In this document: piece after piece, positions 52,935 through 64,000 of the stretch
Position numbering within the stretch: the stretch's first letter is position 1
Layout of the letters: each line of letters starts with the position of its first letter
NCBI RefSeq assembly: GCF_018977255.1
Contig: NW_024704742.1
Span: 29,016,001 to 29,080,000, forward strand
Source of the DNA: Callorhinchus milii
Taxonomy: Eukaryota
Reading direction: 5' to 3'
Length of the DNA: 64,000 nt
The notes under the pieces: generated by a model
What the model was told of the DNA's origin: nothing
Database searches by the model: none
The model's input: the letters and a program-made list of their open reading frames with translations, nothing else
Program-made: the position numbers and the translations under genes

Positions 52935-53679
52935 GAGCTGCTGAAGATCCTGAGGGAACAGGAGTTGGGAATGAGGTAGAGGGAGAAGGTAAAGGCCTGC
53001 AGGCAACTATGATGCCTAATTGAATAACAGTAGGACTTTGGTATCAGTACTATCTAAATTGAAAAAGTCAAATGGATAAAGCAATGTGTTTCATGAACAT
53101 TGATATTAATTCTCGTATCGCTTTTGTACAATTATATAGCTGGGAGGATCTTGGTTTACTGGTACCAGCTATATATTTGGTATATAGATATATATGGTAT
53201 ATAAAATTATTATACAAAAAGCATATATATATAAATATACTTTACAGTATATTCTGTGAAGTGCCTTGAGATGTCTCAATGATGTGATAAGGTGCTATAT
53301 CAAATGGCAAGGATTACTGTTCTAATTAATATTAAATACTCTTTTATAGTATCCAGTAGGAGTCTGATGTGTGAGATCATGATCTCCTGCTTCAAAATCA
53401 CATTCCTATATTTGTTGATAAATTGTGTTCATTATTCCTTTCCATGAAAACTCAGTTTCTGCAATTTTTTCTTGTTTTGCAGCAGTGGTAGTGGTGTATG
53501 GGTGTGTGTGTGTGTGGAGGGGGGAGTGGTAAGCCACTAGAGGAAACAATAGCAGAGTAACAGGCAAAATCAGAGAGCAAGAAAGAGTTATGTAGAGTGA
53601 TATGGAAACAGACCACTCAGTCCAACTGCTCGGTATCAACTCCCTAGCTCCCTTGTTCAGATTTCTCTGAAGTCTCTCC

Positions 53680-54110
53680 GCACCCTACCTCTACGACATC
53701 TTTCACACCTACTACAAGCCACAGACTATCCAGAATTCTGTAGCTCTTTCACATTAGGTTCTGTGAACCTAGCGCCCCCATCCTTGCTTGGCTTCACTAG
53801 CTCCCCATCCCCCAGAGGATTGAATTCAAAATCCTTGTCCCCATGTTCAGATTCCTCCAAGGTCTCACCCCATCCTACTTGTGTGACCTCCTTCACACCT
53901 ACCATCCAAGCCGCTTTCACCGCTCAGCAAACACTGGCTTGCTTTATGTTCCTTGCCTATCCTGTCCCAGCATCAATGGACAAGCTTTCAGCCATTCTGC
54001 TCCACACTCTCTGGAACTCGTTCCCAGATTTGCTCTGCCCCATGCCCTCCCTCGTCACCTTTAGCACCCTCTTCAAGACCTTTCTTTTCGAATCATACTT
54101 TTGGTCACAA
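53680..54110 (+). mobile_element. Degenerate L2 3' fragment
   Basis: IQNSVA, GLTPSYLCDLL, LWNSFP..FKTFLF. Confidence 0.8.
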
Positions 54111-55473
54111 AACGCAAAGAGTTTACACCAATGGCAATAAGTAAAATAATTTAGAGCATTGAATAACCCGCTGCTTGTGAGAATTGTAAGGACCTGGTTA
54201 TCGAACCTCAAAAATATTACACCAACATTTCTATTTTGCAGAATTATAACTCTGACTCTCTTAGAAATTTATTTCGGAGCGTAGAGCACAGAAGCCCAAA
54301 GTAAAAATTTCTGATACACAACTCAGATTCAATGAGAAGGCATTGCTGTGATGTAGATCAGTGGCAGAGTATTATTTCTCTGCTGTGTTGTTTGCTTCTG
54401 CTAGGACAGGCTAAAGTGCCTGAGACTTGGTGTTATGGTTCACACTGCCACCTAGAGCCTGGATATGTTAATATTCTGTTTCTCATTAACCTTGCTATTG
54501 CAAAACTTGCATCATTTGCCTTTATCTCATAAAGACACGGCAGACGAAAGGATGATCTGATTCTATCAGCTAATTTTGAATTCCTTTTACTGTCTATTTT
54601 AAATTTTAATCATAATCTTGCTGTATATTAAGCGGTACAACAACAGGGTGTAGAGAAAGACAGCTGTAAAATAAGACCAGCAGATGTTTCATAAAATGGA
54701 CCCTTGTGGTTTCCTAGAGCACAGAGACTTGGAGAAATTGCATTTAGATAACTAGCAGGTACTTCGCAGAGCTCCAGTAGCTTAATACATGGTCCAACAA
54801 CCCTGATTCAGCAAATGATGGTTAACACTGTGTCTGAATATCTGAATACAAGTGACAGAGCTTCAGGCAATGACACCGTCTCGGAGAGCATGGAAGCAGT
54901 GCGTGAAGTTTCAATGCTGGAATGTTAATAGCATTTCAGTGCTGGCATGTTGCTAGCGCAAATTAGCTGCAGCATTCTCCTACACAACATTCACTTCATT
55001 TCTAATTAGTCTCATTCTGTAAAGAGCTTCAGTGCAAGTTTACTTTGTGTGTGAAAGCTCCTACAATATGTATAAATGTATGCTTTTGGTATTCTGTGTG
55101 GTTTGTTTGGATCAGATTGTCAAGGTGCAACTACAGAAACTGTTGTGTTTCCAGTATAAACACTGAAGTTTGGCTTAAACACCATGAACTGGTCCAGTGC
55201 TGCTTTGACTATATCTTATCAACTAGACTGTACACCATCTCAGCTGCACTGAGTAAAGCAGCAGTGCATCCACCATTTCATAGAACTATAGAAATGTATG
55301 ACACAGTAGAAAGTCATTCAACCAACTGTAATGTATTGCTGGATATCCCGCCAGGTTTCATTGGCGGACTTAGAAGATTGTTACTGGCACAATCGAAGAT
55401 TAAAACAATTTTGATTCGACAAACTCAGCAGTTTGTCACAACTTTCCAGCCATCTACTGCTCTATTGTACATG

Positions 55474-56000
55474 AGGCCCAATATTCCATCCAATCTTACC
55501 TCTAAGATCACTATGTCTTAACATTTAAAATCAAGCAAATTTGTGGAAAATTACTACATTCAATTTGTAATTTGGAAGCCTGATTTTCAATAACAACAAT
55601 CTGCATTTGTATAGCACCCTTCACTCAGGTTAACGTCTTGGAGCAGTTAACAGTGATGAAGCCAGGGAGTGGGGTAGGTGAAATAAAGGCACTGTCGAAG
55701 AGGAAGGTCTAAAGGTGTGATCAGAAGATGAAGAAGGAGGAGGCAACGTGGAAGGATAGAAGCAGGGAGTTGGATAGGGTCAGGCTGTAATGGCTGAAAG
55801 CACGGCCACTGATGGTGGAGTGGAGGGGACGAGAGACGTACAGAGGCCAAAATGGCAGCTAGTGGAGCGGGGTGTCAGTCAGTTCTTAAATTGAACCGGC
55901 TTACAAGTCTGGCCAAATTTTTTAATATTCCACAATTCTGCACAATTTTAGATTTCAAGATAAAATGGATTTACAGGTTAAAACTATGGAATTTCAGGCT
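55474..56000. mobile_element. Palindromic MITE-like element split by a minus-strand L2 3' end (about 55590-55860)
   Basis: aggcccaatattccat..tgtcttaacatttaaaatc..ttgtggaa pairs with ttccacaatt..attttagatttcaagataa..atggaatttcaggct. Confidence 0.6.
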
Positions 56001-56739
56001 TCTGGTGCCTGTCACAAAATGCTGCAATACATTCATGTGATCCTTTTCCTTCTTGTCTCTTACGTCTTGGTGCCTGAACCATGCAACTGCATTCATTATG
56101 CCCTCAGTATGCACTCAGTATACAAAGAACACAGCAATAATAGAACTTAGGTTCATATAGGTGACCCTAAGGAACATTATAGATAGATGGGAAGGAGTTA
56201 CATGACTTTAATCTAATCCTGTGATTTAACAAATGCCATTGAAACTCTTTTATCGGATTATTATCATCTCAAAGTACCACGTCTCTCATACTACGGCTTT
56301 GCTGGGTGGATCTGAGCTACTTTATGCTTCTGTGAAGCTCCCACTGCAGGCATTCCCAGAGTATGATAGAATCTTTGATCTGCTACTGAATCATGAAACC
56401 TTAAGTCTTAAAAGAAACAATAAGAACAGAGAGTTTAGAAAAACAAATTAAAATTTAGCAATAGGATTTAGGGATTGTTGTCAGGTACTGTAAAGAGAGC
56501 TAGTTGTACATTGCACTTACGGCAATGCTGTGTCTGCCCAGAGAGTATTTGACAAGATCTTTGGTGCTGTTTTATTCCCCAGAACTCTCATCTCCCAGCA
56601 CAATGTTGTAATATTGTGAAAAATGTGCCATCCAATGTGAGGTTGAGTTATGGGGGTCTGTGAACTGACATTGAAATGCTGTGCTCTCCAGAGCAACAGG
56701 TTCAACTATCTCCAAAGAGGTCAGCTCAATAGTTGTCAC

Positions 56740-57030
56740 AACACATTAAGATGCACCCAAACAGGTGAACAAGAGGACATAGGTTGAGAGTTGCAAGGGA
56801 CAAATTCAGGATAGGTACCAGGAATGTTTTATTTATCTAGAACGTAATTAACGTCTGCAATTAATAGATACCAGGAAGGGGGGTTGATGCCAGGATATTG
56901 GACTCATTTAAAAAGCAGCTTGATACTGCGATGGAAGGATGGTAAATTGGGTATTCTGAAGGGATGGGATCAGATAAGGGTAGAAGGGCATTCTTCATCC
57001 AAACCAATCTTGTCATCTTGTTATTGGGTA
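56740..57030 (+). mobile_element. Old CR1 3' end
   Basis: caagaggacataggttgagagttgcaagggacaaattcagg...tttaaaaagcagcttgat. Confidence 0.6.
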
Positions 57031-58124
57031 TTGGTATTGGGTGCAACCATTTCAACAAAGTGGGGGGCAGGGGGGGAGGGGAATGTTCACGCACAATCAG
57101 TCATCAAACAGAGCTTTGTCAAGAGCAGAAATTATGACGATGCAATAATTAACATCAGTGATAATTATTAAATCAAATGTCTCATTTTCCACATAGCTCT
57201 AACCTCACCACAAGCAACTGCGGGAGCTGGAGGGCGGTCATTCGTGGGGTTGCACGAGAAGCCTGGGCAACCAGAATGGAACATGAAACATGACTTGTTT
57301 TATAAGCAAGAAAGGAATATCTTGCACTGCGTTCATTTCAGTTAGCGTTCAAATAGGCTGAAAATAAAGCTTCTAAAATAAGCTTCACTTTTTTACCTGA
57401 ATTAATTGGTTAGCCCCAGCGAGTATGTGGTTTGGGTCTCCCTGTTTTTGTCTCATTCTTCATTAATTTTGACAGTACATATACTACACTGTCTTCTCAT
57501 AGCGGAAGTCAAAGAACTCTGCTTACATGAAGGGTGGGGAGGGGACGGAATGTGTTATGTCAGCATAGGTGTCAGCCTGGTGAAATGTTACAATCACGGA
57601 GTGAATTTGGGCAGAGAGGAAAAGCCCCAGTAGCAAGGGCATTCAACAGAAAGCTGTCCTTAATTCAGCACTAAGATGCCAATCTCATTCAGTAGAAGTT
57701 TTCTGCTGGCACAACAGTGACTGAATGGGATAGCTTTTCAACTTACCCCATGATAAGCACGTGACTTATGGAACAATATTGGCTTGTTCAATGCAAGTTC
57801 TCTACCATTGCAACATTGATAATTTTAGCAAAAAGCAAACTAAAAATGCAAACTATGTCAGCGGTGCACAGCTGGGGAGTCTATTCCCAATAAGGGCAGG
57901 ACTGCAGATCACAATACATTATGAAGGGATCTAAGATCACAAGACTGATTTGGATAAAAAGGCTCCTTGGCTCATTTGATCCAGAATATGCAATTCACCC
58001 TCTTCCCATCACAGCAATAAGCTGTTTTTTAAAAAACTCCAGTGCCCTGACTTCAAATACCCTTCCTGGCAACCTGCTTTATCCTCCGTATAAAGAAAAT
58101 GTTCTGGTATCCCTCCTGAAATTA

Positions 58125-58560
58125 ATAATAATAATAACAATCCTTGCATTTGATATACTATCTTATCATGTCATCGAGCCATTTCAAAGCACTTCACAGG
58201 ATATATTATAAAGTGGATTGACTGTGCATTTTGTGGGTGAAATGTCGCAGCCAGTTTTGCACAGAGCAATGTCCCACAAACAGCCATAGAGTGAGTGACC
58301 AATTTTATTTCGAAGATTGTTGGCCAAGACACCAGGAGAAACTCCCTTCTCTTTTTGAAGAGTGCCATGAGATGTTTTACGTCCTACCTAAACAGGTAGA
58401 TAGGACCTTGGTTTAACATCTCATCCAAAGGACGGAACCTCTGGCAATGCAACCCTACCCCCCCCTCTGCACCACCTTGAAGTGTCAGCCAAGACTATGT
58501 GATTCCAAGTCCCAACGTGGGGCTTGAACTCACAACTGTCTGACTCAAAAGCAAGAAAAT
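58125..58560 (-). mobile_element. DeuSINE, near full length
   Basis: (AAT) tail, Deu motif, ggtttaacatctcatccaaaggacgg, head ggggcttgaactcacaactgtctgactc. Confidence 0.85.
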
Positions 58561-59547
58561 TGTTCTTTGTACCTCTAAACCTGTGTCTATTGTTCTATTG
58601 CCTCAAGTATTATTCTGTGTTTACATTTTCAATCCCATTTAACATTTTATCATCCTCTGTAAGGTCTCCTATGAGACATCTCTCAAGAATGAAGAACCTC
58701 AGTCGTTGATCATGGCTCATTCCTCTAACATTGGAGATTATCCAGAACAAAATCTTTGCGTGAGGTCAGTTATCTGGTGTCACCTCCACTAGCTGTATCA
58801 TCAAGTAATAAAGAGAAGATTTTTTTTATATTGAGAAATCTAGACAGAGGGTCAAAGCTAAGGTTGAAAAGAGCAGAGAGAAGTGAAAATAAATCAAGAC
58901 ATAATGGTTGGCTGACATTAAGTTTGGGTCAATTTCTTATTGATTGGTTCTCCCTTCTGGAACCTCCCTATCAGCAATTTAAAGATACATGGAAAAATTG
59001 GAATATTGGCCAGAATCCATTTTAAAATTTTTATATTTCTTCTGTGGGAGGTAAACAAACCTGGAGTGAAGGGAGTCTTTTTTAGTTGACTCAATGCAGT
59101 TTGCGCAGATGCTCCTAGGTCGAAACTTTCTGTCCTCCCAGTGAAAGTAGCAGGAACAAGGGAGAGAGTTAGAATAAAATAGGAGGGAGTTTCTATTTTA
59201 AACCCTGATTATTTATACATTCAGGTGTTACACTGGTTCAGTCGGAAGCATTCTTGCCTCTGGGTTCAAGTCTTGCATTGGAGACTTTGAGCTCATTGTC
59301 TAGGCTGATACTACAGCAGAGTTGAAGATAATAATAATAATAATCCTTCATTGCTGCAAGTGTCATTCTTTGCATGAAATATTAAATTAAGATCTCGTAA
59401 GTAGATATTAAAGATCGCATCGCAATATTTAAAAAGAGAAAGGAGTTTCTCCCAACTGTCCTAAGGCTAAGCAACAATCCTTGAGCTACATTTGGCACTC
59501 AACTGTTCATTGCATTTCGTAAATTGTCTACCGTGTTTGACTGCAAA

Positions 59548-59925
59548 TAAGAATAATAATCCTTACATTTGATATAGCGCCTTATCACGTCTTCGAGACA
59601 TCTCAAAGCACTTCACAGAATATACTGTAAAGTGAATTGACTGTATATTTTGTATGTGAAGCACGGCAACCAATTGCGCACAGCAGTGTCCCACAAACAG
59701 TCGGGGAATGAATAACCAAATTATTTATTTTAAGTTGCTTTTAAAGAAATTATTATCCACGGAAAAGCAATCCACCAATCGACTAACAACCGTGTTCCTA
59801 CTTACTGCTAGGTAAACAGTGGTGTAAGAAGTAAGGAAACTTGTCCAATTTCGCACTGCCCGGAAATCAAACCCAGATCCCTTCGCTTGTGAGGCGAGTG
59901 TACTAACCACTAAACTACAGGACTT
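59548..59925 (-). mobile_element. tRNA-derived SINE, long variant, adjoining an older + strand DeuSINE (about 59230-59547)
   Basis: Reverse complement follows 35405-35770; head gtcctgtagtttagtggttagtacactcgc. Confidence 0.85.
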
Positions 59926-60349
59926 TAGTACAGTGCTTCAAAGGAAATTATATTGGATGTCTAACCAGCCACAAATGAAATAGAAAGTTAATTTTTGCAA
60001 TGACCCATTGCTTTATCAATGTTCCTGTGTGTAGGGGTGATATTGCAACTGATACGAAAATCTAGCCATAGACATAAAAACACATAGGGCCTCGGAAGAA
60101 GCCTCTTTATCAATAAACAGGAGTGCTAATTTAAGTTAATAATAATAAACCTTGCATTTGATATAGCGCCTTATCACATCTTCGAGACTCTCCAAGCGCT
60201 TCACAGAATATACAGTCACAGAATTAACTGTATATTTTGTTGGCGAAACATATCGTAAAGCTTGTGATATGAAATAACCCAAATAACTGAATCACTGGAG
60301 ATAGTTAAGTGGTTATTGTTGTCACTCTGATTTCCATCACTTGAGTGGC

Positions 60350-60660
60350 AGCCTGGCTCATTTGATGGTGCTGTTGACTGTGGATCAGAGGTTGTGGGTT
60401 TTAATGCTCACTGTGAGACTTGAACTCATAGTCAAGGCACAGCACTGGGGGGAATGCTGCAACATCTGGGCTGTCTTTCCAATGAGATGTTAAACCAAAC
60501 TCTCACCTTCGTGCTTCCTGGTGAATGTTAAAGGAGAAGAGCATTTCTCCTGATGTCCTGGTCAACATTCCTCCAGATTGACTTCATTCACCTCTGTGGC
60601 TGTTTATGCAACTTTGAAACAAAAATTAAAATAACTGCAGTGTTTGCCTGCAAAAACTTG
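60350..60660 (+). mobile_element. Old DeuSINE
   Basis: gcctggctcatttg, ggttgtgggtt, atgagatgttaaacc. Confidence 0.65.
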
Positions 60661-62394
60661 TTTGTAATTAGTTAGAAGGCAATTTGAATATGACATGGCA
60701 AAATTGGCCTGGTTCTGGGTCTAATTTGGCTTTATTTATGTAACGTGTTAGAACTTTGTAAACTGGTAAATTGTCTCAAAATTTAAGTTGATTTTTCAAT
60801 TAGTACCTAGAACAGGTTACCAGGAATGGTGTTTGAAACCAGTGTGCTGGAATCATTTGACAAGCAGCTTGATGCTGTGATGGGAATATAAAAGAGTGAG
60901 TATTTGGGAAGATGAGATGAAATGGGCCAAAGGCCTTTTTTCATCCAAGCCTCTCTTGTGATCGTGCGAGCTAGGAAAAGTGGTTAGGATAGAGGAGAGG
61001 AAGGTGAAGGAAGCATAGATAAAAGGAGTAATAAAATAACAAAAGAATTTATGTTTTTGAGGAATTGAGAGAAAAAATACAACCATTTCATTTTTAAAAA
61101 AACACAGTTGAAATTGAGTGCACGTACCATGACAGATGTTTGGCAGTTGTTGGACTGATACACTTGAGAAGTGTGAGATGCAGCTGGTTGTACATTGCCT
61201 CAGTGCTGTGGGGGTCTCACACAAGGCAAATGGAATCTTGAAAAGTAGCCCGGTGAGAGCAAATAACTATAATGGCCAAACTATTTCTCCAATCCCCACT
61301 TGTATGGCAGAAGTGATATATACACAGTTTCCTAATGGGGTGGAACATGATTGAGGGGGACGGGGGACGATGGGATTCAGATAATATCATAAACCATACA
61401 ATAAAAGCTTGCGTGGCTTATGGTAGAATATGAGATGGGAGATTGAATTAATATCTTGAAAAACACAACTCTTTGCTGAGGTCCTATTAGGTCAATAACC
61501 TGTTTTTCATAACATGTTACTCATTCCTCAGACGTTGGTGGTGAAACATTAGTCAGAGTTTTTACTTGTGCACTTTTTTTTGCTCTGTCTTTAATTGTAG
61601 TTAATTTTTTTTGAAAATGTAGACTGCTGCATATTATTATGACTTCTAACTTGCTGTAATTTGACAGATGGTAAAAAGGGTAGAAGTCATGTAACATATA
61701 ATAGGTAGCGTGACTGTTTGTAATTTCTGCTATAATTATGGTAAAATTCATAGCCTCGGCCAAAAGATTGTTCACTGTGTAGGAATTTACATCTAAATTT
61801 ATTCAAGTTAGCAGTACTGAATAGAATGAGCAGAGATAAAAAAATGACTTTGGATTTTTAATTTCTAATCCGTCAATAATAACATTTCCTTATCTAGTGT
61901 TTGCGTAAGTAATTAACACATCATGTTTTACAATTTTCACCCCAATAGCATGAGGCTTATAACAATAATAAATGATAATCCTTCCATTTGATCAGATAGA
62001 TGTCTCAAAGCACTTCATGTGATATATTATAAAGTGTAGTGACTGTTTTTGTAGGAGAGACTTACAACAGCAAATAGGAAAATGGGATTAAAAGATCTCC
62101 CACAATGGAATAAGGTGATGGAACAGATACAACAGGCTCAATAGCATTTTCTTGTTCCTATGTGTTTTCCTGTCTCTGTTTCATAGATTCAGATCACTGT
62201 CACACTTCAAAAACACCAAGATGCACAATTTCATTCTTAGTAACACAGACACCCCTTCATTTTCAAGAACACATCAATTTGTCTAAAATTGAAAGTGAAT
62301 AATCAAAAAGAACATTCTGCTTTGGGCTTTAGAAAGATATAATCATATTAATTCTGGTTGTGGTTCCACATGTATCTAATATATTTGCCGAGTG

Positions 62395-62610
62395 TCAGCC
62401 TGGCTCAGTTAATAGCACTTTCTAGCATTCTCTGGGTCAAAAGGGTGCAGATTCAAGTCCCCATGTTGGGGCTTTGAGCTCATAGACTAGATTAATACTC
62501 CATTGTACAGTATGTGGGAGCTATATTGTGAGAGGTGCTATCCTTCAGATGAACATTAAATTAAAGTCCAGTCTGCCCTTTCAGATGGACATGAAAGATC
62601 TCATGTCCCT
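62395..62610 (+). mobile_element. Old DeuSINE 5' half
   Basis: gcctggctcagttaatagcact..gattcaagtccccatgttggggctttgagctc..cagatggacatgaaagatctcatg. Confidence 0.7.
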
Positions 62611-62630
62611 GAGATCTTCCTTGGGATGGA

Positions 62631-63000
62631 GGTTAGCAGTGCCTCTTTGGAGCTAAACTGGCTCCAAAGCTGGAATCAAACCAACCCTCTGTGGTGAACT
62701 CAGTCGTCCAGTTCCTAAGAGAGGCAGGTCAGCAGTACTCCAGTCCACTGCTGATGAGAGACCATCCAGGCTGTCTCATCAGCAGGACATGGACAGGTAG
62801 GCTTAGGGCATGGATTCTTCCACTTAGCTCCTGTTACCCCTGCACGCCAAAGCCTTAATGGATTGAGTGGTTCGAGCTGGACAAGCATCAGGAAGCTTGA
62901 CAGACAGTGCTCTAAATGGTAAACTGTGCAGTCATAACTGATTGAACTTCAGCTGTATCCCCAGTATACACTGGGGTTCCCAAATTTTGCTCTTGCCAAT
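62631..63000 (+). repeat. Unclassified multi-hairpin repeat, copy 3 (most complete 5' part)
   Basis: Homologous to about 21450-21730; three perfect stems at 62645-62669, 62748-62785 and 62959-62976. Confidence 0.75.
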
Positions 63001-64000
63001 CTACACCCGCAGATTTGTCTGGACCATGTCGAATCCTACCGCTCCGCCCTCGTCTCCGTTAATACGTCGTTCTAATCCAAGGCAATCTTGGAAACTAAGG
63101 GCAACACCAGGCTCTTCTTCTCCATCACGAACCGACTCCTCCACCCACCCTCTCACACCTCACCCATCCTCACCTCAAATGCCAACTGCAAGGCGATGTT
63201 GGACTTCCTCGAATCCAAAGTCAAGGGAATCCACTCAGTTGCCTCTGCATCTTCTCTTCCCACCCCAACCCCTACCCACCCACCCCTCCACACCTTTGAA
63301 CCCGTCTCCCCCTCCTCTCTCATCACCACCATAACCCGTATGAAACCCACCACCTGCTCCCTCGACCCCATCCCTACCACCCCTCCTTACTTCCCAGCTC
63401 CACCTCCTTGCTCCTCTACTCACTGACACCGTTAACCTCTCCATGTCCTCTGGTACTGTTCCCACCCTTTAAAAAACTCTGTCATCACTCCTATCCTTAA
63501 AAAACCCTCCCTGGATCCTTCTCTACTCCCTAACTACCCCCCCATCTCCAACCTCCCCTTCCTCTCCAAGGTCCTGGAATGAGTTGTTGCTTCTCAGCTT
63601 TGCTCCTTCCTCTCCCGCCACTCCCTTCTCGAACCCCTCCAATTGGGCTTGCGTGCCGCCCGCAGCACAGAAACAGCCCTGGTCAAAGTGACAAATGACA
63701 TTCTGTCCATCTGCGACCAGGGCTCCTCTGCCTCCTCGTCCTCCTTGACCTCTCTGCTGCTTTCAACATTGTCAACCACTCTATCCTCATCCACCACCTC
63801 TCATCTCACCTCAACCTCCAAGGCGCTGTCCTTGACTGGTTAAAATCATACCTCTCACACCGCCTGCACCTCAAACGGCTTCTCCTCTACCTCCCCAACT
63901 CCTCCCTCCACAGGCTGCAGATCATCCAGAACACTGCAGCCCCTGTCCTCTCCCGCACTAGGCTCCGCGACCCTATCACCCCCATCCTTGCCCAACTCCA
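63001..64000 (+). mobile_element. Older L2 LINE fragment with internal deletion, runs off the window
   Basis: [40 protein letters not shown], then jumps near 63885 to LHRLQIIQN. Confidence 0.9.

Noticed and set aside
55045-55521. 158-aa ORF (and the 144-aa ORF at 38144-38578)
   Set aside because: Non-ATG starts, no recognisable domain, composition typical of non-coding DNA; the first runs into a MITE arm.
62748-62790. Hammerhead ribozyme (CTGATGA followed by a stem)
   Set aside because: The required GAAA after stem II is absent and the CTGATGA is itself base-paired within a simple hairpin.

Overview
Vertebrate genomic DNA. The SINE/LINE repertoire points to a cartilaginous fish, most likely a holocephalan such as Callorhinchus; this is inference, not a database result. 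The only host gene I can support is the 3' half of slc7a11 (xCT cystine/glutamate antiporter) on the + strand: six GT-AG exons at 3593-20075 whose sequence, phases and internal-exon sizes match human SLC7A11 exons 7-12, followed by an apparently short 3' UTR. The remaining ~44 kb has no recognisable host coding exon. It is filled with L2, CR1 and Tx1 LINE copies, tRNA-derived Deu-domain SINEs, tiny LINE-tail insertions, palindromic MITE-like elements and a 16-17 bp minisatellite. I found no evidence of a new multi-gene system. The best leads are (1) two L2 copies sharing the same inactivating lesions, (2) an interspersed repeat I cannot name that has multiple hairpins, one with a compensatory change, (3) a fossil spliced Harbinger-type Myb gene and (4) a retroposed poly(A) signal just behind xCT exon 11. 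Exon coordinates are exact; repeat boundaries were read by eye and are approximate.
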